A DNA stretch of 64,000 bases from Candidatus Gottesmanbacteria bacterium. GTDB lineage: Bacteria > Patescibacteriota > Microgenomatia > JAMCYU01. The stretch spans positions 130,683 through 194,682 of the forward strand of contig JAZDMI010000021.1 of the NCBI GenBank assembly GCA_043801155.1. The letters run 5' to 3'. Under the pieces are notes generated by a model. That model was not told where the DNA came from. It saw only the letters and a list, made by a program, of their open reading frames with translations, and did not search any database. How positions within the stretch are numbered: the stretch's first letter is position 1; each line of letters begins with the position of its first letter. Below are positions 16,996-26,362 of the stretch, piece after piece. A program made the position numbers and the translations under genes.

Positions 16996-19458
16996 ATGGC
17001 AGTTATACTAGATACATCAAAATCTAATAATCTTCAAAATCAGGATAAAATCGTCCCCGTGGTCGCGTTACGAGATGGCGTAGTCTTTCCAGCTACCGAA
17101 GTAGTTTTGACGTTTGGCAGACCAAAATCATTAACCGCTATTGAGGCAGCTTTTTCTCATGAAAAATTAGTCGCCTTGGTTATGCAAAAAAATCCCAATA
17201 CCAATGAACCAGAACCAGAAGATCTAAATAAAATCGGAACCCTCGCTGTCGTCGAACGAATGTTAAAAAGTGATGGAGAAATTAACGCTTTGGTTAAAGG
17301 TTTCAGTCGAATTGAGATTAAAGAGTATCCCCAAACAGAACCTTTCCTTTTAGGTAAAGTAGAACAACTTCCTGATGAACTGGAAGTCTCTGACGAAATT
17401 ACCGCTCTTTCTAATCATCTTGCCTCAGAACTTAAAAGAGCCGTGAATTTAGGCAAGGCCGTTGATTTTTTAGTTTTTATGAATATTATGTCAGGTCTTC
17501 CCCCTCAAGACTTAGCTAATCAAATTGCCGGGACACTCGAAATTAAACCGAGTGAAAAACAGGAATTATTGGAAATTAATAGTGTTAAAGTAAAACTTAC
17601 TAAAATTGGAGATTATTTAGCTCACGAAACAAAAATTTTAGAAATTGAAAGGAAAATTAGTAGTAAAACTCAAGAAAGATTCGATAAGAATATTCGTGAA
17701 CAAGTTCTCCGGGAGAGACTTAAAACAATCACCAAGGAACTCGGCGAGGATGATGAGAATAAAGATATTAAAGAATTATCCGATAAGATTAAGAAGGCCG
17801 GGATGCCAAAAGATATCGAGGAAAAAGCCGAAAAAGAACTCTCGCGTTTAGCGCAAATGACACCTCTTAATCCTGAGGCCTCTTATGTTAAAACGTATCT
17901 CGATTGGCTAGTTGATTTACCTTGGGCAATTGCCTCACCGAATAATGTTGATATTATTACAGCGCAAAAAATTCTTGACGAAGATCATTTTGGCTTAAAA
18001 AAGATAAAAGAACGTATTATTGAGTTTTTAGCAGTCATGAAATTAAAAACAGCCAGGGATAAAAAGGATATAAAAACAGAAATTAAATCAAAAAGCATTA
18101 GTCCGACAATACTTTGTTTTGTCGGGCCACCCGGAGTGGGTAAAACATCTATTGGTAAATCTATTGCTCGGGCACTGGGTCGAAAATTTGTCAAAATCTC
18201 TCTTGGTGGTATTCGAGATGAAGCAGAAATAAGAGGACATAGGAGAACTTATGTTGGAGCTATGCCCGGAAGGATCATACAAAGTATTAAACAGGCAGGA
18301 ACAAAAAATCCTGTTTTTATGATGGATGAGATCGATAAGGTAGGCACAGATTTTAGGGGTGATCCTTCAGCCGCACTACTTGAAGCATTAGATCCTGAAC
18401 AAAATCATGCATTCTCGGACCATTATTTAGAAGTACCTTTTGATTTATCGGATGTCTTTTTTATAACTACCTGTAATGTTTTAGATACAATTCCTCCGGC
18501 TTTACGAGATCGATTGGAAATTATTCATTTTCCCGGTTATACCGAAGATGAGAAATTTCATATAGGTAAAGATTACCTGATTAAGAAACAATTAGAGATT
18601 CATGCTCTTCCGTCTAATTTGGTTGAGATAACTGATACCGGTCTTCATACAATAATTCAACGTTATACGCGTGAAGCTGGGGTAAGAAGTTTAGAAAGAG
18701 AAATTGCCTCAGTCTTTCGTAAGGTGGCTAAAGAAGTAGCCGAAGGGCGTAGAAATAAGATTAAGGTAACCCCAAAATCATTATCAGAATTTTTAGGCCC
18801 GACGAAGTTTACATCGTCTTTAGCAGAAAAGAAAGACGAGATTGGTATGAGTACGGGACTCGCTTGGACCGAGGCTGGCGGAGAAATTCTTTTTATTGAA
18901 GTAGCCTTAATGCCGGGTAAAGGTAATCTTACTCTGACAGGTCAGTTGGGAAACGTGATGAAGGAATCTTGTCAAGCCGCCTTATCATATATTCGTTCAC
19001 GAGCTGAACAGTTAAGTTTGTCAGATAAATTTTACCAAAAGACTGATATTCATGTACATGTACCAGAGGGGGCAGTCCCAAAGGATGGGCCAAGTGCCGG
19101 GATTGCGATTGCCACAGCGATTACGTCAGCTTTAACTAAAATTCCGGTGAAAAAAGATATTGGTATGACTGGCGAGATTACTCTGCGCGGCCGAGTTTGG
19201 GAAATTGGTGGGGTAAAAGAAAAAATCATTGCTGCCCACCGAGCTGGATTAAAAATCATTATTTTACCTAAAAATAATAAGAAAGACCTTGAAGACATCC
19301 CAAAAAATGTTCTTAGTGATTTAAAATTTATCTTTGTTGAAAATATGGATCAAGTTTTAAAAGTAGCACTTAAGAAAAGTTTACCGAAAACCGTTAATAA
19401 AGAATTTAGTTTTAATCAACCTACTAAACACCTAATTCATCTGCCGATCGCATCATAA
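16996..19458 (+). CDS. lon: ATP-dependent Lon protease
   Basis: Lon N domain, AAA+ Walker [10 protein letters not shown], and proteolytic Ser in [10 protein letters not shown]. Confidence 0.95.
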   Translation: MAVILDTSKSNNLQNQDKIVPVVALRDGVVFPATEVVLTFGRPKSLTAIEAAFSHEKLVALVMQKNPNTNEPEPEDLNKIGTLAVVERMLKSDGEINALVKGFSRIEIKEYPQTEPFLLGKVEQLPDELEVSDEITALSNHLASELKRAVNLGKAVDFLVFMNIMSGLPPQDLANQIAGTLEIKPSEKQELLEINSVKVKLTKIGDYLAHETKILEIERKISSKTQERFDKNIREQVLRERLKTITKELGEDDENKDIKELSDKIKKAGMPKDIEEKAEKELSRLAQMTPLNPEASYVKTYLDWLVDLPWAIASPNNVDIITAQKILDEDHFGLKKIKERIIEFLAVMKLKTARDKKDIKTEIKSKSISPTILCFVGPPGVGKTSIGKSIARALGRKFVKISLGGIRDEAEIRGHRRTYVGAMPGRIIQSIKQAGTKNPVFMMDEIDKVGTDFRGDPSAALLEALDPEQNHAFSDHYLEVPFDLSDVFFITTCNVLDTIPPALRDRLEIIHFPGYTEDEKFHIGKDYLIKKQLEIHALPSNLVEITDTGLHTIIQRYTREAGVRSLEREIASVFRKVAKEVAEGRRNKIKVTPKSLSEFLGPTKFTSSLAEKKDEIGMSTGLAWTEAGGEILFIEVALMPGKGNLTLTGQLGNVMKESCQAALSYIRSRAEQLSLSDKFYQKTDIHVHVPEGAVPKDGPSAGIAIATAITSALTKIPVKKDIGMTGEITLRGRVWEIGGVKEKIIAAHRAGLKIIILPKNNKKDLEDIPKNVLSDLKFIFVENMDQVLKVALKKSLPKTVNKEFSFNQPTKHLIHLPIAS

Positions 19459-19461
19459 AAT

Positions 19462-20412
19462 TCAATTCTGAGTGCTAAAATCAAACACTTCTTTTGAAAT
19501 TTGTGCCATTGTTTTAAGCGCAATATCCTGATTATTAATATCAGAAGTAAAAATTCCAAAAATATATGGGTGGTCAGGCAAATTAATAATACCAACATCA
19601 TGAAGTCCGCCGACATAGTCTCCGGTTTTGTGATAAATCTTTATATCTATAGGTAATAGAGCCGGGATTCGATTTTCGAAATCACTATCATCCATAAACC
19701 CAATCATTTCTGTTGTTAATGCTTGATTAGTAATTTCTCCCTGGTACATTTTTCGAAGTAAGGTAATCATATCTATTAACGATGATTGGTCGTTTTCCAT
19801 ACTTGTTTGTGATAAACCCCAACTATCAATTAATTGTTGAATTCGATCAAGCCCAATTACATGTCGTCCTAGAATAAAAGCAGCGGTATTGTCAGATTTT
19901 TCCATCATTAATCGAGCCAGAGTTTTAATTGAATAAGTAGACCCCGGTGGATCATAACGAATAGAACCTGTGCCGTAATCTTGGATATCAGCTTTTTGAA
20001 GTGTAATTTTTTCTTCAAGATTAATTTCACCTTTATCAGCTAAATAATAAAGGCTTGCCAGGATAGGAATTTTATTAACCGAGGCAGCATTAAATATCAT
20101 GGTTTGGTTAATACCGAAGTTCTGGTTAGTGGTCAGATCATAATAATAGATCGCCCAGGTACCAGCCATAGGTTCAATTATTTCTTTTATTCTTAAAATA
20201 AGCGATTGGGAATCTTTTGGTTTATCTGTAAAAAAAGAAATAATCGTCTCTGGCAGAGGAGAAATAATAATCTGGTTCTTATTAGAATACCTTTTAAAAA
20301 ATCCCAAGATAGACAGCGCCATAAAAGCAATAAAAATTATTTTAACTATTATATCATGAGATTCAGCTGGTTTTTTCTGTAATGGATTAATATTCGGTCC
20401 GTAATCTTGCAT
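19462..20412 (-). CDS. Class A beta-lactamase-family serine hydrolase, membrane-anchored
   Basis: SxxK (SVNK), the hallmark SDNTAA, and KTG (HKTGDY). N-terminal TM segment. Confidence 0.65.
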   Translation of the reverse strand: MQDYGPNINPLQKKPAESHDIIVKIIFIAFMALSILGFFKRYSNKNQIIISPLPETIISFFTDKPKDSQSLILRIKEIIEPMAGTWAIYYYDLTTNQNFGINQTMIFNAASVNKIPILASLYYLADKGEINLEEKITLQKADIQDYGTGSIRYDPPGSTYSIKTLARLMMEKSDNTAAFILGRHVIGLDRIQQLIDSWGLSQTSMENDQSSLIDMITLLRKMYQGEITNQALTTEMIGFMDDSDFENRIPALLPIDIKIYHKTGDYVGGLHDVGIINLPDHPYIFGIFTSDINNQDIALKTMAQISKEVFDFSTQN

Positions 20413-20603
20413 GGGGTCAGTTTAACAAATTCAGTTAAAGATTTGAAGTCGATTATTTAAAACAGAGAATAATTAGAGAGAAAATCAATTACGAATATTG
20501 AAGGAAATCAACAATGCAAAACTTCGAATCCTGTAGGGGTTATCGAATTACAGGATAGAATTTCGAGGCTAATTCTTGCTTGTACCCCGTGCCGAATTTG
20601 GGA

Positions 20604-21005
20604 CTAAAAAAATTCCTTGGGGTCGTAATTTAAATCACTTTTTGGTGGATCGTCATATCTATTAACTGGTGATCTGACACATGCATAAAATTTACCAGGT
20701 TGGAGAACAGAACATATCTCAGGTTTTTGGTTTACCGGTGGAGTTTTACCCTCTAAGCTACACTTGCCTGTTTCTAGATCAATTTGGGGACAAGGTCCAT
20801 GAATGCTGATTTGCATAAACCGTTTTCCGTCCTTTGTTTTAACAACATTTACCAGTTCAACATTTTTACTGTCTTTAAAATGCAAGTCAAATTCGGAAGG
20901 TGTTACCTCAAACACAATGTCATAGCAACATGGAGCTTGTCTCTTTTTATTATCAACGACTACTTGACAATTAAAACAAGGGTTTTCTTCATTCCAGGTA
21001 CTCAT
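20604..21005 (-). CDS. Cys-rich hypothetical protein (133 aa, 9 Cys), starting 2 nt after the 3' end of tRNA-Glu
   Basis: The ORF-track version (to 21083) runs through the tRNA. It is trimmed here to the first Met outside the tRNA (MSTWNEENPCFNC...). Confidence 0.4.
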   Translation of the reverse strand: MSTWNEENPCFNCQVVVDNKKRQAPCCYDIVFEVTPSEFDLHFKDSKNVELVNVVKTKDGKRFMQISIHGPCPQIDLETGKCSLEGKTPPVNQKPEICSVLQPGKFYACVRSPVNRYDDPPKSDLNYDPKEFF

Positions 21006-21007
21006 AG

Positions 21008-21081
21008 TACCGCCAGCCGGATTCGAACCGGCGATTTTCAGGATGAGAACCTGATGTCCTAGGCCACTGGACGATGGCGGC
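21008..21081 (-). tRNA. tRNA-Glu (anticodon CUC)
   Basis: The reverse complement folds as a cloverleaf: acceptor GCCGCCA/TGGCGGT, Glu-like D-arm GTCC-AGTGGCCTA-GGAC, anticodon stem TCAGG/CCTGA with loop TTCTCAT, and T-arm GCCGG-TTCGAAT-CCGGC. Confidence 0.75.
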
Positions 21082-21194
21082 AACTACATATTCCGCGCTT
21101 CAAAATCCCGAGCTTCCGCTAGCTGGCGGAGCGAGCGTGAATTGAAGCAAGGAAAAAGGAATATGTGGACTTATTTTACTCTATATTTTTCTTC

Positions 21195-21223
21195 TTGACA
21201 AATAAGCCTAATTTGAGTAAAAT
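21195..21223 (+). promoter_or_regulatory. Sigma70-type promoter (TTGACA-17 nt-TAAAAT) for the greA leader
   Basis: Consensus -35, a 17-nt spacer and a near-consensus -10, all read directly. Confidence 0.55.
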
Positions 21224-21244
21224 ATGGTATTACTTTCAGTTAAA

Positions 21245-21277
21245 AAGCCCCTTTTTGGTAACGGGCTTCTTTTTTTA
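21245..21277 (+). terminator. Intrinsic terminator in the greA leader (AAGCCC-loop-GGGCTT plus a T9 run), ~30 nt before the greA start
   Basis: GC stem followed by CTTTTTTTTT, lying between the promoter and the greA ATG. Confidence 0.55.
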
Positions 21278-21309
21278 AGTAGACACTTAGGCAGATTAAA
21301 GGAGATTAC

Positions 21310-21780
21310 ATGAATAACAATCAAAACGTTCTTCTAACTCGTGATGGGTTAAATGAACTTAAAAGTGAATATGACGAACTGGTGAATGTTAAGAGACCAG
21401 CCGCTGTTACACGGATGGCACAGGCACGAGATTTAGGTGATTTAGCCGAAAATAGTGAATATACAGCTGCTAGGCAAGATTTAGCTTTTATCGATGGTCG
21501 GATAGTTGAACTTGAAGAAATCTTACATGAAGCTAAGATTATTTCAAAGTCAAACTGCCCAAAAGGCAAAGTTGATCTTGGTTGTAAGGTTACTCTTCAT
21601 ATAGATGGTAAAAAAGAAGTATTTACCATTGTTGGAGAGTGGGAAGCCGATCCTAGCAATAAGAAAATTTCTCATGCTTCGCCCCTAGGACAAGCTCTTT
21701 TAGGTAAGAAAGTAGGAGAAAAAGTAGAAGTTGAAGCCCCGGTTGGGAAAATTATCTATACGATTGTTGAGATAGAGTAG
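21310..21780 (+). CDS. greA: Transcription elongation factor GreA
   Basis: GreA N-terminal coiled-coil (LTRDGLNELKSEYDEL) and a C-terminal FKBP-like domain. Confidence 0.9.
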   Translation: MNNNQNVLLTRDGLNELKSEYDELVNVKRPAAVTRMAQARDLGDLAENSEYTAARQDLAFIDGRIVELEEILHEAKIISKSNCPKGKVDLGCKVTLHIDGKKEVFTIVGEWEADPSNKKISHASPLGQALLGKKVGEKVEVEAPVGKIIYTIVEIE

Positions 21781-21790
21781 TTTTTATAGA

Positions 21791-21928
21791 GGCTGTTGGC
21801 TACGAATTTTTTCACTCCACACTGTCTTCGAGTAGGTTATTGTTTTGGTGCACTAGCACGAAGACCATTCGATTATAATGTAATTGCCAAAAATGTGGAG
21901 CTGTCAAAAATTATAGCACAACATCCTC
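21791..21928 (+). repeat. Family-2 ~138-bp TIR element, copy 2 (intergenic, greA-lysK)
   Basis: Aligns with copies 1 and 3. Confidence 0.8.
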
Positions 21929-21962
21929 AATAGATATAAGTTTGATTAATGACTTTTAATGT

Positions 21963-21991
21963 TTGCCTCTAAAAGTCTTACAAGGTATAAT
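21963..21991 (+). promoter_or_regulatory. Sigma70-type promoter (TTGCCT-17-TATAAT) for lysK
   Basis: Perfect -10 with 17-nt spacing, ~10 nt before the ORF. Confidence 0.45.
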
Positions 21992-21999
21992 CTACGTGT

Positions 22000-23529
22000 A
22001 TGTATTGGGCTGATAAAATTGCGCAAGAATTTAAAAAGAGACACCTTCCGCTTGAGTGGGTTGATGATATGAAAACGCCTTCGGGGTTTGCCCACATGGG
22101 TTCTCTTCGGGGTCCGGTTACTCATAGTTTAGTTTATCGAGCATTACAGGATGTAGGTCTGAAAGTAAAATTTACCTTTGTCATTAACGATTTTGACCCT
22201 GCTGATGAACTTCCACCGGAATTTAAAGAAACATTAAAAGATTATCTTGGTTTCCCCTTACGGAAAGTTCCCAGTCCCAATAAAAAGTATGATAGTCTTG
22301 GTAGTCTGATTGCTCAGGATTTTATAACATCCTTTAGAACTTTAGGCGTCGAGGCGGAAATATTATCATCTTGGGATATGTATCATCAGGGGAAATTTGA
22401 CAATGTTATAAAAATTGCCCTTGATAATTCAGGGAAAATCCAAGATATTTATCGTCAAGTCAGCGGAAGCCAAAAAAAGGAAAGCGGATGGTTGCCTTTT
22501 CAGGTAGTTTGTCAAAAATGCGGTAAGCTAGGAACAACCAAAGTTACCGACTGGGATGGCAAAGAAGTGACTTATGAATGTTTACCTGACTTAGTTAAAT
22601 GGGCAAGCGGCTGCGGATATAAGGGAAAAGTTTCTCCGTTTGGCGGTTCAGGTAAATTACCCTGGAAAGTTGATTGGCCAGCCCATTGGAAGGTGATCGG
22701 TGTGACTTGTGAGGGAGCCGGTAAAGATCATGGATCAGCCGGAGGTTCTTATGATATTGCTTTAAAGCTTTGTGATAAAGTTTTTAAATATCCCAGTCCT
22801 TTTAAATTTGTTTATGAATTTTTTCTGCTTGGTGGCCAAAAAATGTCTTCTTCAAAAGGAATAGGATTTAAAGCTCATGACTTAATTGGAATATTACCTC
22901 CTAATGTGGCTCGATTTTTATTTGTTAGAACTGATTATCAACAGGCAATTAATTTTAATCCTGATGGGTATACGATTCCTAATTTATTTGATGAATATGA
23001 TCGTTGTGCTAAAGAATTTTTTGCCAAAGGCCGAAAGTCAGATTTCGGTAGAAGTTATGAACTTTCCCAAACTAATCCAAAACAACCGGAAAAATTTGTT
23101 GATATTCGTTTTCGCCAAATTGCTCAGTTGATACAGATGCCTAATATGGCAGGTAAAATAAAGAATAACCCACAGCTTGTAGAAAGAGCAAAATATGCAA
23201 AGATATGGCTTGAAAATTTCGCTCCTGAAAGTGAAAAATTCAGCATTAAAAATGATTTACCAAATGAAGTAAAAAAACTGAATCAAACCCAAAAGCTTCT
23301 TTTAAAAAGAATCACTGCTGAAATTGATAAAAAATGGGAAGCAGAAGATTTTCAAAAGGAAATATATAATTGGGGAAAAGAATTAGGATTATCCTCCGGA
23401 GAAACTTTTCAAACTATTTATCTTTCTCTTATCGGTAAAGATCATGGTCCCAAAGCTGCGTGGTTGATATTATCTTTGGATAAAGAATTTGTAAAAACAA
23501 GATTTGAAGAAGTAGCTAATCAAAAATGA
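22000..23529 (+). CDS. lysK: Lysyl-tRNA synthetase, class I (archaeal-type LysK)
   Basis: Class I-type motif region (PSGFAHMGSLRG) and the characteristic KMSSSKG motif. Confidence 0.7.
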   Translation: MYWADKIAQEFKKRHLPLEWVDDMKTPSGFAHMGSLRGPVTHSLVYRALQDVGLKVKFTFVINDFDPADELPPEFKETLKDYLGFPLRKVPSPNKKYDSLGSLIAQDFITSFRTLGVEAEILSSWDMYHQGKFDNVIKIALDNSGKIQDIYRQVSGSQKKESGWLPFQVVCQKCGKLGTTKVTDWDGKEVTYECLPDLVKWASGCGYKGKVSPFGGSGKLPWKVDWPAHWKVIGVTCEGAGKDHGSAGGSYDIALKLCDKVFKYPSPFKFVYEFFLLGGQKMSSSKGIGFKAHDLIGILPPNVARFLFVRTDYQQAINFNPDGYTIPNLFDEYDRCAKEFFAKGRKSDFGRSYELSQTNPKQPEKFVDIRFRQIAQLIQMPNMAGKIKNNPQLVERAKYAKIWLENFAPESEKFSIKNDLPNEVKKLNQTQKLLLKRITAEIDKKWEAEDFQKEIYNWGKELGLSSGETFQTIYLSLIGKDHGPKAAWLILSLDKEFVKTRFEEVANQK

Positions 23530-24113
23530 TTAATCGTGAAGATGCTTTAAATTTCATTAAGAATAAAGTTCCACAGGAAAATATTGTTAAACATATGTTA
23601 GCTTGTGAGGCTTTAATGGGAGGAGTTTATGATCATCTATTAGGCAAAGGAGTAGATGATTTAGGAGGAACGAAGGAAGAATGGATGATTGCAGGACTTA
23701 TTCATGATGGTGATTATTGTCCTGATGTATCAGTAGATAAACAGGGTATACAGATTGTTGAGTGGTTAAAAGAAGCCGGATACGATATTCATAATAATGT
23801 TGCTCAAACAACTGCTAGCCATAATTGGCATAATACAGGTAATGAGCCAAAGAGTTTAATGGATTGGGCGCTTTTTTGCGGAGATACACTGACAGGATTA
23901 ATAGTGGCGACAACTCTAGTTAGACCGGAAAGAAAACTGGCATTAGTAGAAGTTGACTCGGTTATGAAAAAATTTAAAGATCCATCATTTGCGGCGGGAA
24001 CTAGAAGAAACGATATCAAATTATGTGAAGAAAAATTAAGTCTACCATTGGAGAGATTTATCGATATTGGTTTAAAATCAATGCAGGGGATAAGTAATAA
24101 ACTGGGTTTATAA
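23526..24113 (+). CDS. HD-domain phosphohydrolase
   Basis: H...HD...D metal-binding pattern (KHMLACEAL...LIHDGDY). Confidence 0.55.
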   Translation: MINREDALNFIKNKVPQENIVKHMLACEALMGGVYDHLLGKGVDDLGGTKEEWMIAGLIHDGDYCPDVSVDKQGIQIVEWLKEAGYDIHNNVAQTTASHNWHNTGNEPKSLMDWALFCGDTLTGLIVATTLVRPERKLALVEVDSVMKKFKDPSFAAGTRRNDIKLCEEKLSLPLERFIDIGLKSMQGISNKLGL

Positions 24114-24146
24114 TTCTATAATATTCATATAAAGATAGGAGAAAAA

Positions 24147-24440
24147 ATGGCCGGAGAAAATGAATTACATTCTAATCAGGTAGAAGCAACAGTCCAAAAG
24201 GGAGAAAGTGGTAAATTCTTTGTTGAACGATCAATAAATCCAGGACCTCAAAGTGTAATTGTTATACAAGAGGAAAAAGCCTCAGATATGATCCAAACTC
24301 CTGGTAGGTTAACAGCAAGGGATATTGGGAGTGTTCTTATGGATATTCTCAATGAAGGAAAAACCATACAAGCATTTCAAATTACCTTAGGGGTCTCTGG
24401 AGGAACTAGCGGTGCAGTTATTGTTGTAAACAATAAATGA
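24147..24440 (+). CDS. Hypothetical protein (97 aa)
   Basis: Intact ORF with an AGGAG-like RBS, coupled to the downstream rdgB. Confidence 0.35.
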   Translation: MAGENELHSNQVEATVQKGESGKFFVERSINPGPQSVIVIQEEKASDMIQTPGRLTARDIGSVLMDILNEGKTIQAFQITLGVSGGTSGAVIVVNNK

Positions 24441-25051
24441 AACGTCTTCTTATTGCCACCACAAATCCTGGTAAACTCACAGAAATCAAATTTTTTCTGA
24501 AGGAAATACCCATAAAACTAGTCAGTCTTACCGATTTAGGAATAAAAGATAAGGTTGAGGAAGATGGAAAGACTTTCGAAGAAAATGCTAGAAAGAAAGC
24601 AATTTATTATTGTAAGATTTCCGGAATACCAACTATTGCCGACGACGGGGGATTAGAAATCGATTATTTAAACGGTGAACCGGGAGTAAAATCTCACCGA
24701 TGGATTGATAATAAAGTAAATTCAGACGAGGAGTTAATAAAATATACTTTGGAAAAATTAAAAGGATTACCGTTTGATAAACGGGGGGCACAACTGCGTA
24801 CTGTTATCGCGTTAACCATTCCCAATGGGTCTACCTTTATCAGTGAAAGTATTATTAGAGGTGTAATTTCTGAAAAAGCAGCATCATTTCGAACCCCGGG
24901 TTTTCCTTATCGTTCTCTACTTTACTTGCCCGAGTCAGGAAAATTTTATCACCAGGACGATTTAACAGAAGAAGAAAATATAAAATATAACCACCGAGGT
25001 AAAGCCCTTAGGAAATTAAAAAGAATTATTAAAGAAAAAGTGTTAAAATAA
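24437..25051 (+). CDS. rdgB: Non-canonical purine NTP pyrophosphatase (RdgB/Ham1, ITPase)
   Basis: ATTNPGKLTE and DDGGLEIDYLNGEPGVKSHRW motifs. Confidence 0.8.
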   Translation: MKRLLIATTNPGKLTEIKFFLKEIPIKLVSLTDLGIKDKVEEDGKTFEENARKKAIYYCKISGIPTIADDGGLEIDYLNGEPGVKSHRWIDNKVNSDEELIKYTLEKLKGLPFDKRGAQLRTVIALTIPNGSTFISESIIRGVISEKAASFRTPGFPYRSLLYLPESGKFYHQDDLTEEENIKYNHRGKALRKLKRIIKEKVLK

Positions 25052-25126
25052 GTCCAGGTATTCCTTTTTTCTTGCCTCATTCAAGCCTGATTGTGAATCA
25101 GGCGTTCTGAGGGGCGAAATAAAAAA

Positions 25127-26362
25127 ATGTTAGATATTAATTTAATTAGAGAAAATCCGGAAAAAATAAAAAAAGGAATTGCTGACAAAGGTTATTCTGT
25201 TGATTTAGTGGATGATCTTTTAATACTTGATAAAAAACATCGAGAACTCATTGGCGAAATTGAGGAATTGCGGGCAAAAAGAAATCAGGTAGCCAAAGAA
25301 AAAAATATCGAAGAAGGTAAAAAAATAAAATCAGAACTTCGCAAGAGAGAACCCGAGCTAGAAAAATCAGAAAAAGAACTTTTAGACAAGTTACAGATAA
25401 TTCCTAATCCTCCGGCTGATGGCGTTCCTTTTGGAAAAGGTGAAGCGGAGAATGTTGAAATAAAAAAATGGGGGACTCCAAGAAAATTTGACTTTACCCC
25501 AAAAGACCATTTGGAATTAGGAACATCTCTTGGTATTTTGGATTTTGATTCGGGAGCCAAAGTATCCGGGGCGAATTTTTATTTTTGGCTTAAAGCAGGT
25601 GCGCTTTTGGAATTAGCACTTATTCGTTATGCTTTCGATGTTTTATCTAAAGAAGGATTTACACCAATTATTACTCCTGACCTGGTTCACTCGCGTTATT
25701 ATCTGGGAACTGGTTATATGCCAAAAGGTAACGAAGCTCAGACATATACAATTGAAGGTGAAGATCTGGGATTAATTGCTACTGCCGAAGTAACATTAGC
25801 CGGGAGACATGCAGATGAAATAATTCCGGAAGAAAAATTACCGATAAAATATATTGGTTATTCTCATTGTTTCCGCAAAGAGGCAGGATCGTATGGAAAG
25901 TATGCTAAAGGTTTGTATCGAGTTCATCAATTTACAAAAGCAGAGATGTTTATATATTGTTTACCGGAAGAATCAGAAAAATATCATCAACATATTTTGG
26001 CCATGGAAGAAAAGATTTATCAAGGGCTTGGGTTACCCTACCGAGTTTTACAAATGTGTACCGGTGATTTGGGAGCAATGGCAGCTAAGAAATATGATAT
26101 TGAAGCTTGGATGCCCTGTCGAGGTGAATATGGTGAAGTTACATCAACCTCAAATTGCACTGATTACCAAGCAAGAAATTTAAACATAAAATTTAAAAGA
26201 AAAAATGGTCAGATGGAATTTATTCACATGTTGAACGGAACAGCGATTGCCACATCAAGAACCCCCCTAGCAATTTTAGAAAATTATCAGCAAAAAGACG
26301 GTAGTGTTTTAATTCCTGAGGTGCTTCGTGAATATATCGGATTTGAAAAAATTTCTCCCTAA
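25127..26362 (+). CDS. serS: Seryl-tRNA synthetase
   Basis: SerRS N-terminal coiled-coil (MLDINLIRENPE) and class II catalytic core motifs. Confidence 0.9.
   Translation: MLDINLIRENPEKIKKGIADKGYSVDLVDDLLILDKKHRELIGEIEELRAKRNQVAKEKNIEEGKKIKSELRKREPELEKSEKELLDKLQIIPNPPADGVPFGKGEAENVEIKKWGTPRKFDFTPKDHLELGTSLGILDFDSGAKVSGANFYFWLKAGALLELALIRYAFDVLSKEGFTPIITPDLVHSRYYLGTGYMPKGNEAQTYTIEGEDLGLIATAEVTLAGRHADEIIPEEKLPIKYIGYSHCFRKEAGSYGKYAKGLYRVHQFTKAEMFIYCLPEESEKYHQHILAMEEKIYQGLGLPYRVLQMCTGDLGAMAAKKYDIEAWMPCRGEYGEVTSTSNCTDYQARNLNIKFKRKNGQMEFIHMLNGTAIATSRTPLAILENYQQKDGSVLIPEVLREYIGFEKISP

Noticed and set aside
20784-21062. Plus-strand 92-aa ORF overlapping the tRNA-Glu region
   Set aside because: It overlaps a well-folded tRNA and the minus-strand Cys-rich gene, and has no start context. 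It is spurious.
25052-25126. Hairpin CCTGATTgtgaATCAGG upstream of serS, considered as a T-box or terminator
   Set aside because: There is no T-run after the stem, and no T-box specifier or antiterminator elements are recognisable. It is probably just an incidental stem or a weak terminator for rdgB.
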